A DNA stretch of 64,000 nt from Octopus sinensis (GCF_006345805.1 NC_042997.1:155744001-155808000); one strand, 5' to 3'. Numbered from the stretch's first letter, positions 35,297 to 49,860 are shown. The notes: a model not told the origin generated them from the sequence alone. Made by a program: numbers and translations.

Positions 35297-36929
35297 GTAG
35301 GCTAATTTTTTTTTTTACATTAATACTTTGTAGTGGATTTAGATGTTTAAGAGATTATAAAATATTTTAATTGCTGTAATTAATGACCTGCCTACCACAA
35401 AAGAATTGAGATCCTTAAACCAAAGTGCCACATAAAAATCATTGGTGTGGGTGCTGGTGCATTTAGTACATTCTATAAAATGGTTGGCATTAGGAAGAGC
35501 ATCTAGTTGTAGAAACCATGCCAAAACAGACTATGGAAAACTGTGTGGTCCTTGGCCTTTCCAGTTCCTGTCAAGCTGGTCCAGCTTATGCGGGCATGGA
35601 AAATGGATGTTAAATGTTGATGATGATGTAATTTATTTAAGATGACAATTTGAGATAATTGTTAGAGCTGTGGTTAGAACGCTTCACAGTATTTGTTCTA
35701 ACATTCAGCACTTTGATTTCAAATTGTGCTACAGTCAACGTTGCCTTTAATTCTTTGGAGGTTGATTAAAAAAAGTACCCATCTGGGATGGTAGATTAGC
35801 AGAATTATAAGAATGTTGGACAAAGTGCCCTGTGGTATTTGTCTCAGCTCTCTGCATTCTGAGTTCAAATCCTGTTGTTGCCTACTTAGGTGGTAGACTT
35901 AATCTAGCACCCTGGATACTTTTAGTGGAGTTCTATTCTATTGTAAGAATTTGGTTTCCAGTTTGAAGATTCTTTCCTCTCTCACAAAAAAGACAAACTT
36001 ATCTGATCCTCTGCTCCTATCCCTCTCACCTGTTCTGTTGCTATTCTCCTCACATTCACACTCGTGTACCTTGAGAGTATGTCCTGACATCTCATCACCA
36101 CCACCTTCTCTCTTTTTCTAGCTGGGGTAGCCATGTATCTCCTCTACTGTTCCTGTCATTCTTTCGCACTCTTGCCTTTCAGTGCCTAGCATAAGCCACC
36201 TCCCTCAATACTACACCAAGCTTAGTCTCTGTTACAAGAAAGACTTTTTTAAATAGATAATAAAATGGTATATTCTGTTGTGTCTGGAGAGAGTCATTTT
36301 CTTTTTGTGCCTTATAAATCCAAAAACGAAATAAATATGGTATATGTATATTTGAATGGATGATATAATCTACCACAGTATAGTGGTTTTGGTTTCAACA
36401 GACAGTATCTCAGAGCAAGTCACTTCCTGTAAAAGTACAACTCGAAAATTTTCTAGTAGTTACAAGAGAAACAAATGAGAAAAAGAAACAAACAATTGCC
36501 TCTTGTATTTGTTGATCCAGAGATGGGTTTTAGTATACAGCAGTGCATTCTGTGTTGTCATGGGCAATTGGAATGACAGTTGAGAGGCTTGGTTTTTGCT
36601 CTGTTAGAAGTTTCAAGTGCGTGTCTATTAAGGTTACGTTCTCAGATATCTTCTCTTTATCCTAGTCTCCAGTGAGATTTGGAATGAGATGTCTAAGGGA
36701 GCATGGATTTTGTATGACAACATCAGTGCCTCCCAGAAAAAAGTTGGTAAGAACTATGTTGTGGTGGGTACAGTAAGATATTTAGTAGACTTGTAAAAAT
36801 CAATTATTTGTCTGTGCCATGTGTACTGGTGCAACTAGAAATGTAAGAAACTAAAAAGTAGAGAATTGTTTGAATGATCTTTCTATAAAGTGCCAAATAC
36901 TCAATTGCATATCAGCTTCTTCAATTAGC

Positions 36930-37215
36930 AGTTATCACTTTGTTGCAACATTGGTAGCCTGCTCATGAAATTGATGTGCAAGTGGCTGAGCACTCCACAA
37001 ACGTGTGTACCCTTAATGTAATTTTCAGGAAGATCAGCATCACATAAAATATGACAAGGCTGGCCCCTTTGAACTACAGGTGCAACTTATTTTTTGTCAG
37101 CTGAGTGGACTGGAGCACCATGAAATAAAGTGTCTTGCTCAAGGACACAGCATGCCATTGGGGATTGAACAAACAACCTTACAATTGCGAGCTGAATACC
37201 TTAACCACTAAGCCA
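36930..37215 (-). mobile_element. tRNA-derived SINE
   Basis: Reverse complement of the family at 7781 and 38764 (cagctgagtggactggagca...gtgtcttgctcaagga...ttaaccactaagccac). Confidence 0.7.
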
Positions 37216-38763
37216 CATGCCTTCACACACACACATGCAAAGAGTGCAAGAGAGAGAGAAACATACACACACACAAACATTAACCACTGATTTATAAATA
37301 TCCACAGTTACACACATTGACATACACACAAAAATGTATACAATAAGAACAAGACGTTTTTGGTTCATCATCATCATCATCATTGTTCTAACATTCACTT
37401 TTCCATGCTTGCATGGGTTGGATGGATTTTTATATGGCCAGATACCCTTCCTATAATCAACCCTCACCTGTTTCTCAGTAATGTAATATTCCCCTATGAT
37501 CAAACCTGTTTTTGCTGAAGACTGAAAGTGACGCACACTACTTGCTTGATGGTGACACTCATTTAAAACTATCACACAAAGTCAAAGCAAGAAGACTACA
37601 CACACACAATGTGTGTCTTTCAGTTTCCATCTTTTAAATCTACTCACAAGGCTATGCTTGGTCAAGGGTTATAGAAGATGCCCAAGGTGTCATGCAGTGG
37701 GACTGAACCTGAAACTATGCAGTTGGGAAGCCTGGTTGTGTATAGAAAATATAAAAGTGTATTAAAGAAAGAGAAAAATGATAGGTTAGAGAAGAAGAGG
37801 AAAAGATAAAAGCAAAATTCTGTTTATTTGAATTTTCATATTGGAATAAAGATTAAATATTGAAAATATGGAAAATCTGTATTCTTTAGGTGTGTGTATC
37901 ATATATATAAGTATATATGATTCTGTGGGTGCATGCATACATATCATCATCATATGTCTGTTGTCGATGCTAGCATTAGTTGGATGGTTTGATCAGGGCT
38001 GGCAAGCTGAGGGACTCCAGTCTGATTTGGTATGGTTTCTACAGCTGGACACCCTTCCTAACACTAACCACTCCAAGAGTGCAAGGAGTGCTTTTGCGTG
38101 CCACCAGTATGGGTGCCAGTTGTGTGACAAGAGTATCTGCCATGACTTCACATGACTTCACTTGGCTAGATGGGTCTTCTTCTCAAGCATAGCATATTGC
38201 CAAAGGTCTCGATCATTTGTCATTGCTGGTGTGAGGCCCATTACTTGAAAGATGCTTTTTATATGCCACCAGCATGGGTGCTAGTTACATGACACCAGCA
38301 TCAGCCACTTTGGTATGTCTATGTATATATAATTCTGTGTGTATATGAATATTTACATATCACTAGTTGGGGATCATAGGTGCTCACACTCACATACTCA
38401 CCCACACATACAGATAAATTCACAAGTCATGTATGAAAATATCTCACTGGATCTGAAATTCTTTCAATACAAATTTTGGTTCAGAACATGTTTTCACTTG
38501 CCACATGACTTTAACCTGTCAGTGATGCTTTACCTCTTAACCAGCTACAAAAGAATGTGATCACTCCTATTTTGAACTGTAAACAAATATTGAATCTCCA
38601 GTGCTAGACAACAACAGGATAAATGGATTTAAATTGTATTTCAGTTAATTTCTTTAAGAAAATTTGAAATTTTTTTATATCTGTATATGAATAAATATAT
38701 AAATGACACCTTTTCTTCTAAGGTTTCCTTTTATCATTATAGGTGTATATGTGTGTGCGTGTG

Positions 38764-39040
38764 GGAGGCGCATGACCTAGTGGTATGGGTATTGCACTCA
38801 TAATTGCTAGATCACTGGTTCGATTTCTGAACTGAGCAGTGTGTTGTGTTCTTGAGCAAAACACTTCATTTCATGTTGTTCCAGTCCACTCAGCTGTAAA
38901 TGAAGGATTAGCCTTGTGATCAAGGGGGTCGTTGGCTTGCTCATTGTGGTGGAATCATTTGAAGGCTAAAACAATGTGAAGCACATTGTGACCAGTGATG
39001 TATAACATCTGATTGTCTGGTCAATCATGTTAGATATATA
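38764..39040 (+). mobile_element. tRNA-derived SINE
   Basis: A-box-like TGACCTAGTGG, B-box GGTTCGATTTC, CORE-like block. Confidence 0.72.
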
Positions 39041-39833
39041 TACATGCATAAACACACATATGCCACATCATCATCATCATGTCTGCTCTCTATAGATTGG
39101 ATGGGTTATCACAGTCTGGATCATTTCTTACTGAGACCCACTGCTCTCATAGAGTGTCATCTTGATTTGATGTTTATAGCTTGATGCCTTCCTGTTACCA
39201 ATCACTTTTATAAGGTGTACTGGGTGCATTTTCTCATGGCACCAGCACTAGAGAAATTAATAAGCCTTTGGTCAGACAGCCTTAAAGGCACCTCTCGACC
39301 ATTGCTAAATCTTTGAGAGGCAAGAGTAAAGATTAGGAACAGGTATCTACAGCAAGACACATGCTTCTATCTATCGCGTTCTTGCCTTTCAACATCTGGC
39401 ATATGTCACCTTCCTTAATCAAGGGGTCTTGTTTTGTCCTGCAAGCTACTTGATGACCTCACTGGTGCTGGTGACACAAAAGTATCCTGAACATTCTGTG
39501 AAGTAGTTGGCATTAGGAAGGACATCCAGCTATAGAAATTAATACCAAAATATACATTGGTGCTTGACACAGTACTTTGATTTGGTCCCTGTCAAACCAT
39601 CCAACTCATACCAGCATGGAATGCAGATGCTAAATCGTGATCATCACTTAGGTTTATTAGTTTTTTGTGGGGAGTCTCTTTATGAATGAATTTTTTTCTC
39701 TCAGTATTAACTTTTACATGTAATTTTTTTTAATGGAGTCTGAGTAAGAATATTGAAGCATAATGTTATTTAATTCAGTCAGATGTACCTTTGTTTGTAT
39801 ATTAATTTATTTTTTCCAATTTTTTTTCTTTAG

Positions 39834-39935
39834 GAATTTGCTAAAAATATTTTCAGTATTCTTCAGTCTATTAAGGCTCGAGAAGAAGGAAGTCAGCGAC
39901 AAATGAGCCACCCTTCACAAACAACACCAATATCT
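39834..39935 (+). CDS. CDC73: Parafibromin, coding exon 7
   Basis: EFAKNIFSILQSIKAREEGSQRQMSHPSQTTPIS; 102 nt. Confidence 0.96.
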
Positions 39936-40016
39936 GTAAGTTTCTCTTGGTTATTTACTGAAAATTGCACTAATTTTAGTAGTCTGTGTTTTCTTCCTAT
40001 TTCTTTTATATATTTT

Positions 40017-40956
40017 GCTGGTGACAAAGGGCCTCTTGCTCAGAGTAAAAGGTAGATGGTATGATGCATGTGTGCGAACAGCCATGCTACATAGCAGTGA
40101 AACATGGGCCGTGACTGCAAGGGACATGCGTAAGCTTGCAAGGAATGAAGCTAGTATGCTCCACCGGATGTTTAATGTCAGTGTACATACACGACAGAAT
40201 GTAAGTGCTGTGAGAGAAAAGTTGACATAAAAAGCATCAGATGTGGTGTGCAAGAGAGACGGCTGCACTGGTATGGTCATGTGTTGTGTATGGATGAGGA
40301 CAGCTGTGTGAAAAAGTGTTCACACCCTAGCAGTAGATGTAACCTGTGGAAGAGGTAGACCCAGGAAGACCTGGGATGAGGTAGTGAAGCACAACCTTTG
40401 AATGTTGGAACTCACAGATGACAAGTGACCAAGACCTTTGGAGATATGCTGTGCTTGAGAAGATCTGGCAAGCCAAGTGAGACCGTAACCATAGCCTATG
40501 CCAGTGCAGCATAACTGGCCCATTTAAGAGTACCCTTCAATCATTGGGTAATAAACTGTGCTTGCAAAGACCTGTTCAGTCAAGTAAAGTCATTGTCATG
40601 GCTGATGACACTACTGCCTGATTGGAACCTGTGCCGGTGGCATGTAAAAAGCATCATTCGAGCTTAGTCAATGCCAGTGCCACCTGACTGGCTCCCATGC
40701 TGGTGGCACATAAAAAGCATCATTCAAGTGTGGTTGTTGCCAATACTGCCTGACTGGCCCTTATGCCGGTGCCACATAAAAAGCACCCACTACACTCTCG
40801 GAGTGGTTGGCGTTTGGAAGGGCATCCAGCTGTAGAAACTTTGCCTGATCACATTGGAAACTGGTGCAGCCTCCTGGCTTGCCAGCCCTCAGTCAAACTG
40901 TCCGACCTATGCCAGCATGAAAAGCGGATGTTGAACGACGAAGATAATGATGATGA
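40017..40956 (+). mobile_element. RTE-clade LINE 3' fragment plus SINE tail
   Basis: LVTKGLLLRVKGRWYDACVRTAMLHSSETWAVTARDMRKLARNE..., then 3' UTR subrepeats and (GAT)n. Confidence 0.88.
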
Positions 40957-42748
40957 TTTTGTATTTTTTATTTTATAACTTCTTAATTCAGTAGTACTTA
41001 ATTGCCTTAAAAAATAACCAGTCATGATACAAACTACAGCACTAGATATTTAGCTATCTGGCTATCATCTAGTTATCTGTAATATCAGTTTCTCTCTCTC
41101 TCTTTATTTTGTCAATATTTTCTGAATCTTGTTCCTTCTTTTGGCATATTTTTCACCAATTTTCTCTTTTTTGTTTTTGTTTAGACATTCTTGAAAAGTT
41201 TATGGAATAGTAGAGAGGTGGATTAATTAAATTCCTTAGTATTTAGTTTTATTTCTCTACATCCTCTGCTCAGACCCCACTGGTACAGCCTTGTCCTTCC
41301 ACATCACACAAGTGGATAAAATATATAATTTCTTATCTGTGTTTCAATGGAAGAAATTGTTATACCAATCTAACGTTTTTAATTTCTGTGACCTAAGGGA
41401 GCATTGTTATATGTATATCTTAGTGACACAACTTATTGAGCTACATCCCACATCTAAACAGTTTTGATAATTTTTACAATATTGATTTCTATAAAAGGAA
41501 GAAGGCTATAAATTCATCTGTGTATATATGTGGGAAAGGAGTATAATCTATTTAATTAAATCCAGGCCACTGTGGGAAGGGATTCAGTTGTTGCAATCAA
41601 ACCCAAGCAACATATTTACAGGATGATGTTTTTAGTCAGTTTAATCAAATACAGGTTCACGTGGAAAGGAGTAGTGTGTGTGTTTCACCAAAACTTAACT
41701 GATATTTCATCAAATCAATCAAAGGACACGAGGCAAAAGTAACTTTAATGAGATTTAAACTCAGAAATAATGCTAATTAATACTATAGTTTTAATTTAAC
41801 AATAAGTTAATGTCAAATTGTAAAAGTTGTCACATACTACATTTTAATGTGACTGAATATCAATAGAGATACAGAAGCAGATATAAGTGTTCTACTTGCA
41901 TTGGCTAGAACAAAATCATCTCTCCCATATAATTAAAGATAGGTCATAATGTCATTTGTTTTGCTACTCTAAAGGACCAGTATAAGGTATGGTGATAGTC
42001 TTGTGGACCCTGCACTATGGTCAAAAGTGTTTCTGCAATGAATATCCTCTTTTCTTCTCGGACAAAGCATAACCAAGATTACTCTATCTAAAGTATTCTT
42101 TTTTAAGACATGGTATACCCTGGACTATATTATCCATTGTTGCTGTTTAGCCCAGGTCAACACTGATCAAGCAAGACCCATCACCAAAGTCATCCTAGCA
42201 GTAACTGTGGCATCTTTTACATAAACCATTTATCTAGGATTACATTTTCTTATGCGGTCTTCCTTTTCACAGACAGTAATGTGTGATCAAGGGAAACTGA
42301 CCTACTATTATGGCAGATCAGGTGACACATAAAGCTTCCTTGTTACACTTTTTGGTGTCTATTAAACCATGTTCTGATTTTGGAAGATTTTCAGTGTTAG
42401 AAATAAGAGCTAATTTTGAAGGGAAGTGTTATTAATATTTCTTTTGTTCATTTGTACTTCTGCCTTCTGTAGAAGTTATTTTCAATGTTACCTTATCCCA
42501 TTGTCAACTAGGGTTGTCATTTCCTCACTGCTTCAGTATATCTAATTTGATGTTTACTGCACCAAATATGTTAACACTAACTTAATATTTCTATGGGGGT
42601 CTGCTTAGAAAACTCAGATGTTGAAAACATTTACTCTGTTTTTCTCTTTGTTTGGTATTGTAAACAATAATCTTGGATTAAAATAGTGAACATTTTTTTA
42701 TATATGTTTCCTGTAATTTATAATTTAACTACTATTTTTTTTTCTTAG

Positions 42749-42815
42749 CAATCTCGACCTCCCCCAGCAGTAGGCTATAACAGATACGATCAGGAACGTT
42801 TTAGAGGCAAAGAAG
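42749..42815 (+). CDS. CDC73: Parafibromin, coding exon 8
   Basis: QSRPPPAVGYNRYDQERFRGKE; 67 nt. Confidence 0.96.
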
Positions 42816-44274
42816 GTAAGATATTTTTATTATATTTATTGCATGTAGTTCTTTACATCTTATCAGCTACCAGGTAGTTACTTTTGTAGTTTGTTTTACT
42901 GTAGGTCAACTCTGAACCAGTAGATCTTTGATAAAAAGAATCTTCCAGCCTTAATTACCCAGGTTTTTTTTCTCCAAAACTGTTCTTGATTCATTGCCTC
43001 TTTTCTCTCTGTGTCCACCTTGTATCTTGAGGATACGCTCTTATGCCTCATCTCCACCATCCTTTCTCTCTTTCCTACTGAGGTAGCCATGTATCTCCTC
43101 TACAGCAAAACAACTGTTCCTGTCACTTTTTCCTGCTTTGGTACAAAGCTCTCTCACTCAATACTGCACTCTGACAAGAAGTCTTGTTTTGCATGTTACT
43201 TGGTGACTTCACTAGTACTGGTGCTATGAAAATAGCACCCAGTACAGTGGTTGGCATTAGGAAGGGCATCCAGCTGTAGAAACCTTGCTAAAACAAACAT
43301 TGGAGACCAACCCAACCATCATGCTAGTCAGACCCATGTTGTTTGGAATACAGTCATGATAATATGTCCATCCATTTTTAGATGACAAATTGTTAATTTT
43401 AGCAGATTGGGTGATTACAGAGGCTCTTTTATTGGCTTGTCAGTTCCCAGTTTATGGATAAAAGGGAATGGCTTAATTGGTAGGTTTGGTACTATCAGCT
43501 CATGGGTTATGAAGATTTGTTATGGGTTTGGCAGTACATTTAATTTTACATGCTGGCGTTCATCTAACTGTAAAGAAAATTGTGTGAAGTTATCTGATGT
43601 ACAGACCAGCAACTTATCGTACATACATACGAAATAACTCACAGTAAGAGATCTGCAATAGAAGTTTGAACAGTAAGAGACATGCCTGCTTACACAACTT
43701 TTTAACTTTGAATGTATCATCAGTTAATATAATTTCATGAAGCTGCTGTGGGCAGTGTGCATATTTTTACTATATTTCTACTGGGGTTATTTCTGCTATT
43801 TCAGAAGCCTTTAGCTGTTGTTATATGTATCCAGGTCAACTATAATTGGAGCATTCCATTGTTGACTGATTTAAAGGTGGTTTTGCTGCTATTTGTAGCC
43901 TGTTGAGTGACTCCATAGAGGTACCCTAATGGAAGCTTCAGCTGTTTTGTTTGGGTGTAATTCTAACTTAAGATAGTGATGTGCCTAACATTGAATGATC
44001 AATAAAGAATAGCTTGTACTGTTTTGAACTTGGACTTTTGGCTCCCAAATCCTTTAATAGCAAGACTTAATACATATAATAAATTTATCATTTCTATATT
44101 GAGGATATTTTATTGGAATAAGTGTTTATGTAGTATGTTCCTCTTATTTGGGATGTACTTTGAGGCATTACGATCAATAAATTAATAAATAATTCCACTG
44201 TGAAAGAAAAACAACTGAATATTTTCTTTTCATGTTCATAAAATTGCTGTTTTACTTTTTCTTATTTTTATCAG

Positions 44275-44527
44275 AAACGGAAGGTTTTAAAATTGACACA
44301 ATGGGAACATATCACGGAATGACACTGAAATCTGTGACAGAAGGTGCTCTAGCCAGAAAAACTCATACTCCTCTACCTACTGCAATTCCACAGCCACGAC
44401 CTATTTCTCAAGCACGACCTCCGCCAAATTTAAAGAAAGGTTCTCGTACTCCAGTCATAATCATCCCTGCTGCTGCCACATCACTCATCACTATGTTCAA
44501 CTCAAAAGATATGTTACAAGATCTCCG
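44275..44527 (+). CDS. CDC73: Parafibromin, coding exon 9
   Basis: [24 protein letters not shown]...[32 protein letters not shown]; 253 nt. Confidence 0.98.
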
Positions 44528-44593
44528 GTAAACTTTTGCTTTTTCTCTCATCTGATTCCATTTGTTACATTCATTTAACTCTTAAAATTACCT

Positions 44594-44858
44594 CTCTTTC
44601 TATCCGCTTAGTTGAAGTTGACTCTCGGTCACTCGTTGGATCAGTGTCCTCCAGTCAGTTCTATCCTGGGCCGCTTCTTTCAGATTGGCTATGTCCATTC
44701 CGGTATCACTCTTGATGGTGTCAAGCCAGCGGGTTCTTGGTCGGCCTCTTCCTCTCTTGTCACTGACCATTCCGAGCATGATGTCCTTCTCCAGGGATTT
44801 TCTCTGCATAATATGACCGAAATATGCCAATCTATGCTTGGTGATCTTAGCTTCTAGG
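44594..44858 (-). mobile_element. BovB-like RTE LINE 3' fragment with 7-bp TSD
   Basis: AYFGHIMQRKSLEKDIMLGMVSDKRGRGRPRTRWLDTIKSDTG...AQDRTDWR. ATTACCT lies at 44587-44593 and 44859-44865. Confidence 0.8.
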
Positions 44859-45562
44859 ATTACCTAAAAGCACATAAATATTATTTCGCATGTCATGTTT
44901 CATGATATTTACAGCCTATTTAACAGCAGATAATATTCTTTCTTACTATATGAAGGATCAATTATATGAGTGCATAATTTGTGGGCATTTAAACAATATT
45001 GTCTTAATATTCTATCATTATTCAGCTTATTATGGCAGAGAGCTGGCAGAATTGTTAACATCCCGGACAGAATGCTTAGTGCCGTTTTGCCTGTTTTTAC
45101 TTTCTTAGTTCAAATTCTGCCAAGGTCAACTTTGGCTTTTATCCTTATGAAATAAGTGCCAGTCAAGCACTGGGGTTGATGTAATCAACTGTCCCCTACT
45201 CCCCCAAATTTCAGACCTTGTACCTATAGTAGAAAGGATTATCACTAAGCTTATTACTGTTTTACATGACTGAACATTCTGGTGTAGAAATTCTAATAGT
45301 TATTGTCTGTGGTCCTTCATTATTGAACGGTTTTTAGTTGAACAGCAACTGGTCAAATTTCTTTTACTACTTTTTGAGACTATCCCCTGTTTATTTGTGG
45401 AGTTTCTCAAAAAGTTGCTTGAAAATATATTTTTTTGTCATGCTGATGTATGTCTTGGTTTTAAAATGCATGGGACTGCATTTAGTAATTCCAGCATTTT
45501 AAACCTTAATTACTCTTTAGTTTTATTCTGTTAATTTCCTAAACCAACATTTAATGTTGATA

Positions 45563-46250
45563 GTTGTATTGTTTGGGGAGAGTCATACTGCCTTAATATT
45601 TAACACACTCACTGGTTCAATTTCCACTCATTTATTCATCATCATCATCGTTTAATGTCCGCTTTCCATACTAGCATGGGTTGAACGATTTGACTGAGGA
45701 CTGGCGAACCAGATGGCTGCACCAGGCTCCAATCTGATCTTGCAGGTTCTACAGCTGGATGCCCTTCCTAATGCCAACCACTCTGAGAGTGTAGTGGGTG
45801 TTTTACGTGCCATCAGCATGAGGCCCAGTCAGGCAGTACTGGCAACAACCACGCTCATATGGTGTTTTTTTACGTGCCACCTGCACAGGAGCCAGTCCAG
45901 TGGCACTGGCAACGACCTCGCTCGAATGTTTTTTCATGTGCCATGGGCACATGTCCTCAGCAGTCACAGCCCATGTTTCATTGCCATGTAGCATGGCTGT
46001 TCAAACACATGCGTCATACAGTCTACCTTTTACTCCTTCTCCAAAATTTTCGTTGCTTTTGCAACCTTGTCAATGGATATTGACTCTGTCCGTTATCCAT
46101 AATAATAGACAGGATAAACAGTCAACATCCATTGACAAAGATGCAAAAACAATGAAAATTTTGGAAAACAATAAAACATAAATAATGAGTGGAAATTGAA
46201 CTGGTGAATGTGTTAGATATTAAGGCATTAGGACTCTCCCCAGACACAAC
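45563..46250. mobile_element. Foldback/palindromic MITE-like element interrupted by a SINE/RTE insertion (45637-46040)
   Basis: Inner arms 46041-46085 / 46120-46164 (45 bp, 5 mismatches). Outer arms 45563-45636 / 46184-46250. Confidence 0.7.
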
Positions 46251-46750
46251 AAAATTTGTTTCAACACATGAATTATTCACATAAAGAATCTTGGAAACCA
46301 GATACAAAACCGAAGTGATAATTGTATGTTTTACCTTAAATAAAGTATTAAAAAAAATTAAATTACTGTAATTCAGAATAAATGTAGAAATTAAAAAGAA
46401 ATTCTTTTACTGGTTTCAATTGTGAATGCAGCCATCCTAGTTCGCCTCCTTCAAGAGATTTTTTATGTTATATCGATGCCAGTATTTGGTATTCTTTTTA
46501 TCAGATGACCAAGTTTAAAATGTTTTGTAATTCAAGAGTTGATTCCCTTTATGGACTTCAATACAACAAATTTATCCTCGTATTATATAAAAACAACTTA
46601 TCGTTACAGATTCCATATATTGAATTTCAGTGGTATGGATTAATATTGTAAAATAAATCCCTTCATTTTAATCGATTTCATTATAGACAAAGGATGATGG
46701 GACTAAATTACGTAAGATATTTACATAGTTTAACTATTTTGTCCTGACAG

Positions 46751-46888
46751 GTTTCTCAGTACTGAAGAAAAAAGAGCACAAGGTATGAAAAGAGAAAATG
46801 AAGTATTGATTCAGAGACGAAAAGAAGGTGGTTTAACAGTGCCCTATCGTATTATTGATAATCCTACAAAACTTCAGGCAGATGACTG
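46751..46888 (+). CDS. CDC73: Parafibromin, coding exon 10
   Basis: [46 protein letters not shown]; 138 nt. Confidence 0.97.
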
Positions 46889-47598
46889 GTATGTATTAAA
46901 CTAATTATTAAAAAAGGACTTTTGCTTGGGGATGGAAAACAATGGATATTTCTTCTAACCCCATGTTAGTTTTCTTATTAATTTTAAATTTGATTTAACA
47001 CTGAGAGTTGATATATTTAACACTTTGTTGATAAAGCCTATCGATGCTTCTACATTAATGAAGATATATATGTCTTTACACTTCCTATATACATCTGTGT
47101 GTATGTGTGGGTTTACACTCCCTTTTTCTAATGAAATTCAGGGATTTTTGTACATCACAAAATGGGTTGATTATATATATATATATATTGGCAACACAAA
47201 TAGGAAAATAGAACTCAGAACATAACTAAATATATATTTTTGATTTTTAAATTCGATAAGTGCCAATGAATAAAACTTTCATCCCTTGAGTTATTCTGTA
47301 ACTACTGCCAATTAAATTATATTTTTTAAGAGAGTGACTCTGGCACAAAAATGGCAGCTTGATCTTGTTAACTGAAAGTTATGGCTTGGCTGTGAAGTTT
47401 TACTCTTCTATTAGTATTGTTATGAAGTATTGAACAGTGTAAGAAATGTTATTTGTAAATAACTCATCTTGAGTAAGTCCTTTACAAAATATATTTTCAA
47501 GTGTGCATACTCTCGTTTGAATAAAAAATTACCAATATTTTACACATGCCTTTATTTTTGTTAGTATGTAATTATATGTAATTTCTTATTTGTTCTAG

Positions 47599-47690
47599 GG
47601 ATCGTGTTGTTGCTGTATTCGTGCAAGGTCCTGCGTGGCAGTTTAAGGGTTGGCCTTGGGATGGCAATCCAGTTGAGATATTTTCTAGAA
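47599..47690 (+). CDS. CDC73: Parafibromin, coding exon 11
   Basis: [30 protein letters not shown]; 92 nt. Confidence 0.98.
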
Positions 47691-49067
47691 GTAAGTCTTT
47701 CTTGATATATTCCTGCTCCAGAACTAATTTACTGATATGAATGGAAGCGGAGTACATCTAAATTCCAATATTAAACTAAAAGAATAGGATAAATTAGAAG
47801 GTTTCAGGCCCCCCGGTTTATAAGGATTAGAAGTTGAATCATGAATAGGAATTTCTATACCATATTTACTTGTGTACAAGTTGCACTTTTTTTTGTATAA
47901 AACTTCAATGACAATTTACACATTAAGCTAAAAAAATTTTGAATTGTAAAAGTTTTGTACCAGTTTTATTTACACAAGTGAATATGATATGTTCCATTTC
48001 AGGAAGACAGAAAGAGAAGTGTACTTTATTAATATGATGCAACAAAACCTCCATAAAGTAGAAACTCTTAAATAAGTATTACTTTTGCCAGAATTAGAAT
48101 CCCAAACTAGCCTGAATTAGATGAATACATGTTATTCAATGACTGGCAGATACCCTTCCAGTCACTACCCCTTGCCTGTTTTTCAAGCAAGGGACTTTTT
48201 TTTATTGTCCATATATCTTTGAAAGTGTAAACATAGCAGGTGATTAGTTGATGGAGAATGGCAACAAACTTCTCTGTTTGTAGCTTAGCACTTTTTCATG
48301 CAACATGCAAAATCACACAGGCACATGTTAGCACACATGGCTATATATATATATAATGGGCTACCAAATTCACTCATATGACATCAGCCATCATGGGGTT
48401 ACAAAAAAAGATGCCGACTTAAGATGTTGCTGAGCGGGACTGAACCTGAAACCACATGACTGAAAGGCTGATTTCTTGACTACTCAGCCAATACCGCATT
48501 ATATATAAGTATTGACTTTTAAAAATCTAAAGACGGCTTCAGACTAACTTCCCAGTGGTCATTTATTTTTCATCAAACTGAATAAGTTGCTGTTCCAAAT
48601 TCTGAATAGCAGGTAAAGGTATAACTGTTTGACTTTTAGGAGACTATTTTAAATTAGTTTTGATTTTTTTTTTTTTTTTATTAAATTTTGTTTATTGTAT
48701 CAGGATATTTGAGAAACTTTAAAATGTATGTTTAAGTTGTCAGTTTCAAACTTAGAGATTTGAAGTTTTATGGTAGTGTTTTGTGGTATAAGGTGCAAAT
48801 GGAAAGACAGTATAACCTTTAGTTGAAGTTAGTTATATTATGAGTTAAAATCCTGGCAGATTGTGATTTGGGGGATATTTTACTGCTGTTTCCGGCAGGT
48901 TTAGTAACCTTGTGGAGGCTCTCTTATTAGCTTATCTGATTTAAATGTGCAGTGAAAGTTTAACTCATAAAATAAACAACTTCAACATATATGTATATAT
49001 GAGTAGTTTATGTATTATAAAGTGAACACTTTTCTAATAAAAGTTTTGTTTTTGCCTTCTTTAATAG

Positions 49068-49209
49068 TCCGAGCTTACCATGTCAAATGGGCTGATTTGC
49101 CATTAGATAACAACATTAAAAAATGGGCAGTTAATGTGATTAATTTGGACAGACACAAACGCCATTTGGACAGAGCAATGTTGCAACAATTTTGGGAAGT
49201 GTTGGACAG
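49068..49209 (+). CDS. CDC73: Parafibromin, coding exon 12
   Basis: IRAYHVKWADLPLDNNIKKWAVNVINLDRHKRHLDRAMLQQFWEVLDR; 142 nt. Confidence 0.97.
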
Positions 49210-49574
49210 GTAAAGATTTTACTTTTCACTGTTGTTTTTTGTATTTTCTCGCTCTTTTTGGCCTAAATGTATAGTTGTTAGAGTTTAGCCTTATTTTAAT
49301 TTTCTCAGCATGTAGTTACTATTGTTTGAACCTTTTGACATCTCTCCCACTTGCTGTTTTTAATCTCACAACAGCTAACTAGTTGAAGAAAGATTTTGAG
49401 AAGAAATAAAACATTGTAGCCAGAAATTTATGTCATACAAATCTTGGTGATGTGCAGAGATATTAATTTGGTGGCATGTTAACCCTTCTTCAACTATGGA
49501 ATTTGAAAAAAAAAAAAGTCCTTTTTTCTATTGCATTCTCTTTTTACTATTTAATGTGAGTCCAGTGAAGGTGC

Positions 49575-49860
49575 AGGGCTTAATGGTTTGGGATATTCAG
49601 CTTATGATCATAAGGTTGTGAGTTTGATTACTGGCAGTGTGTTGTGTCCTTTCATGTTGCTCCAGTCCACTCAGCTGGCAAAAATGAGGTGCATCTGTAG
49701 TTCAAAGGGCCAGCCTTGTCACATGAATTTCCCTGAGTACTACATTAAGGGTATGCGTGTCTGTGAAGTACTCAGCCATTTGCACATTAACTTTGCGAAC
49801 AGGCTATTCCGTTGATTGGATCAGCTGGAACACTCATTGTTGTAACTGATGGAGTGCTAG
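49575..49860 (+). mobile_element. tRNA-derived SINE
   Basis: Same family block: gttgtgtcc...ctccagtccactcagctggcaaaaatgag. Confidence 0.68.
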
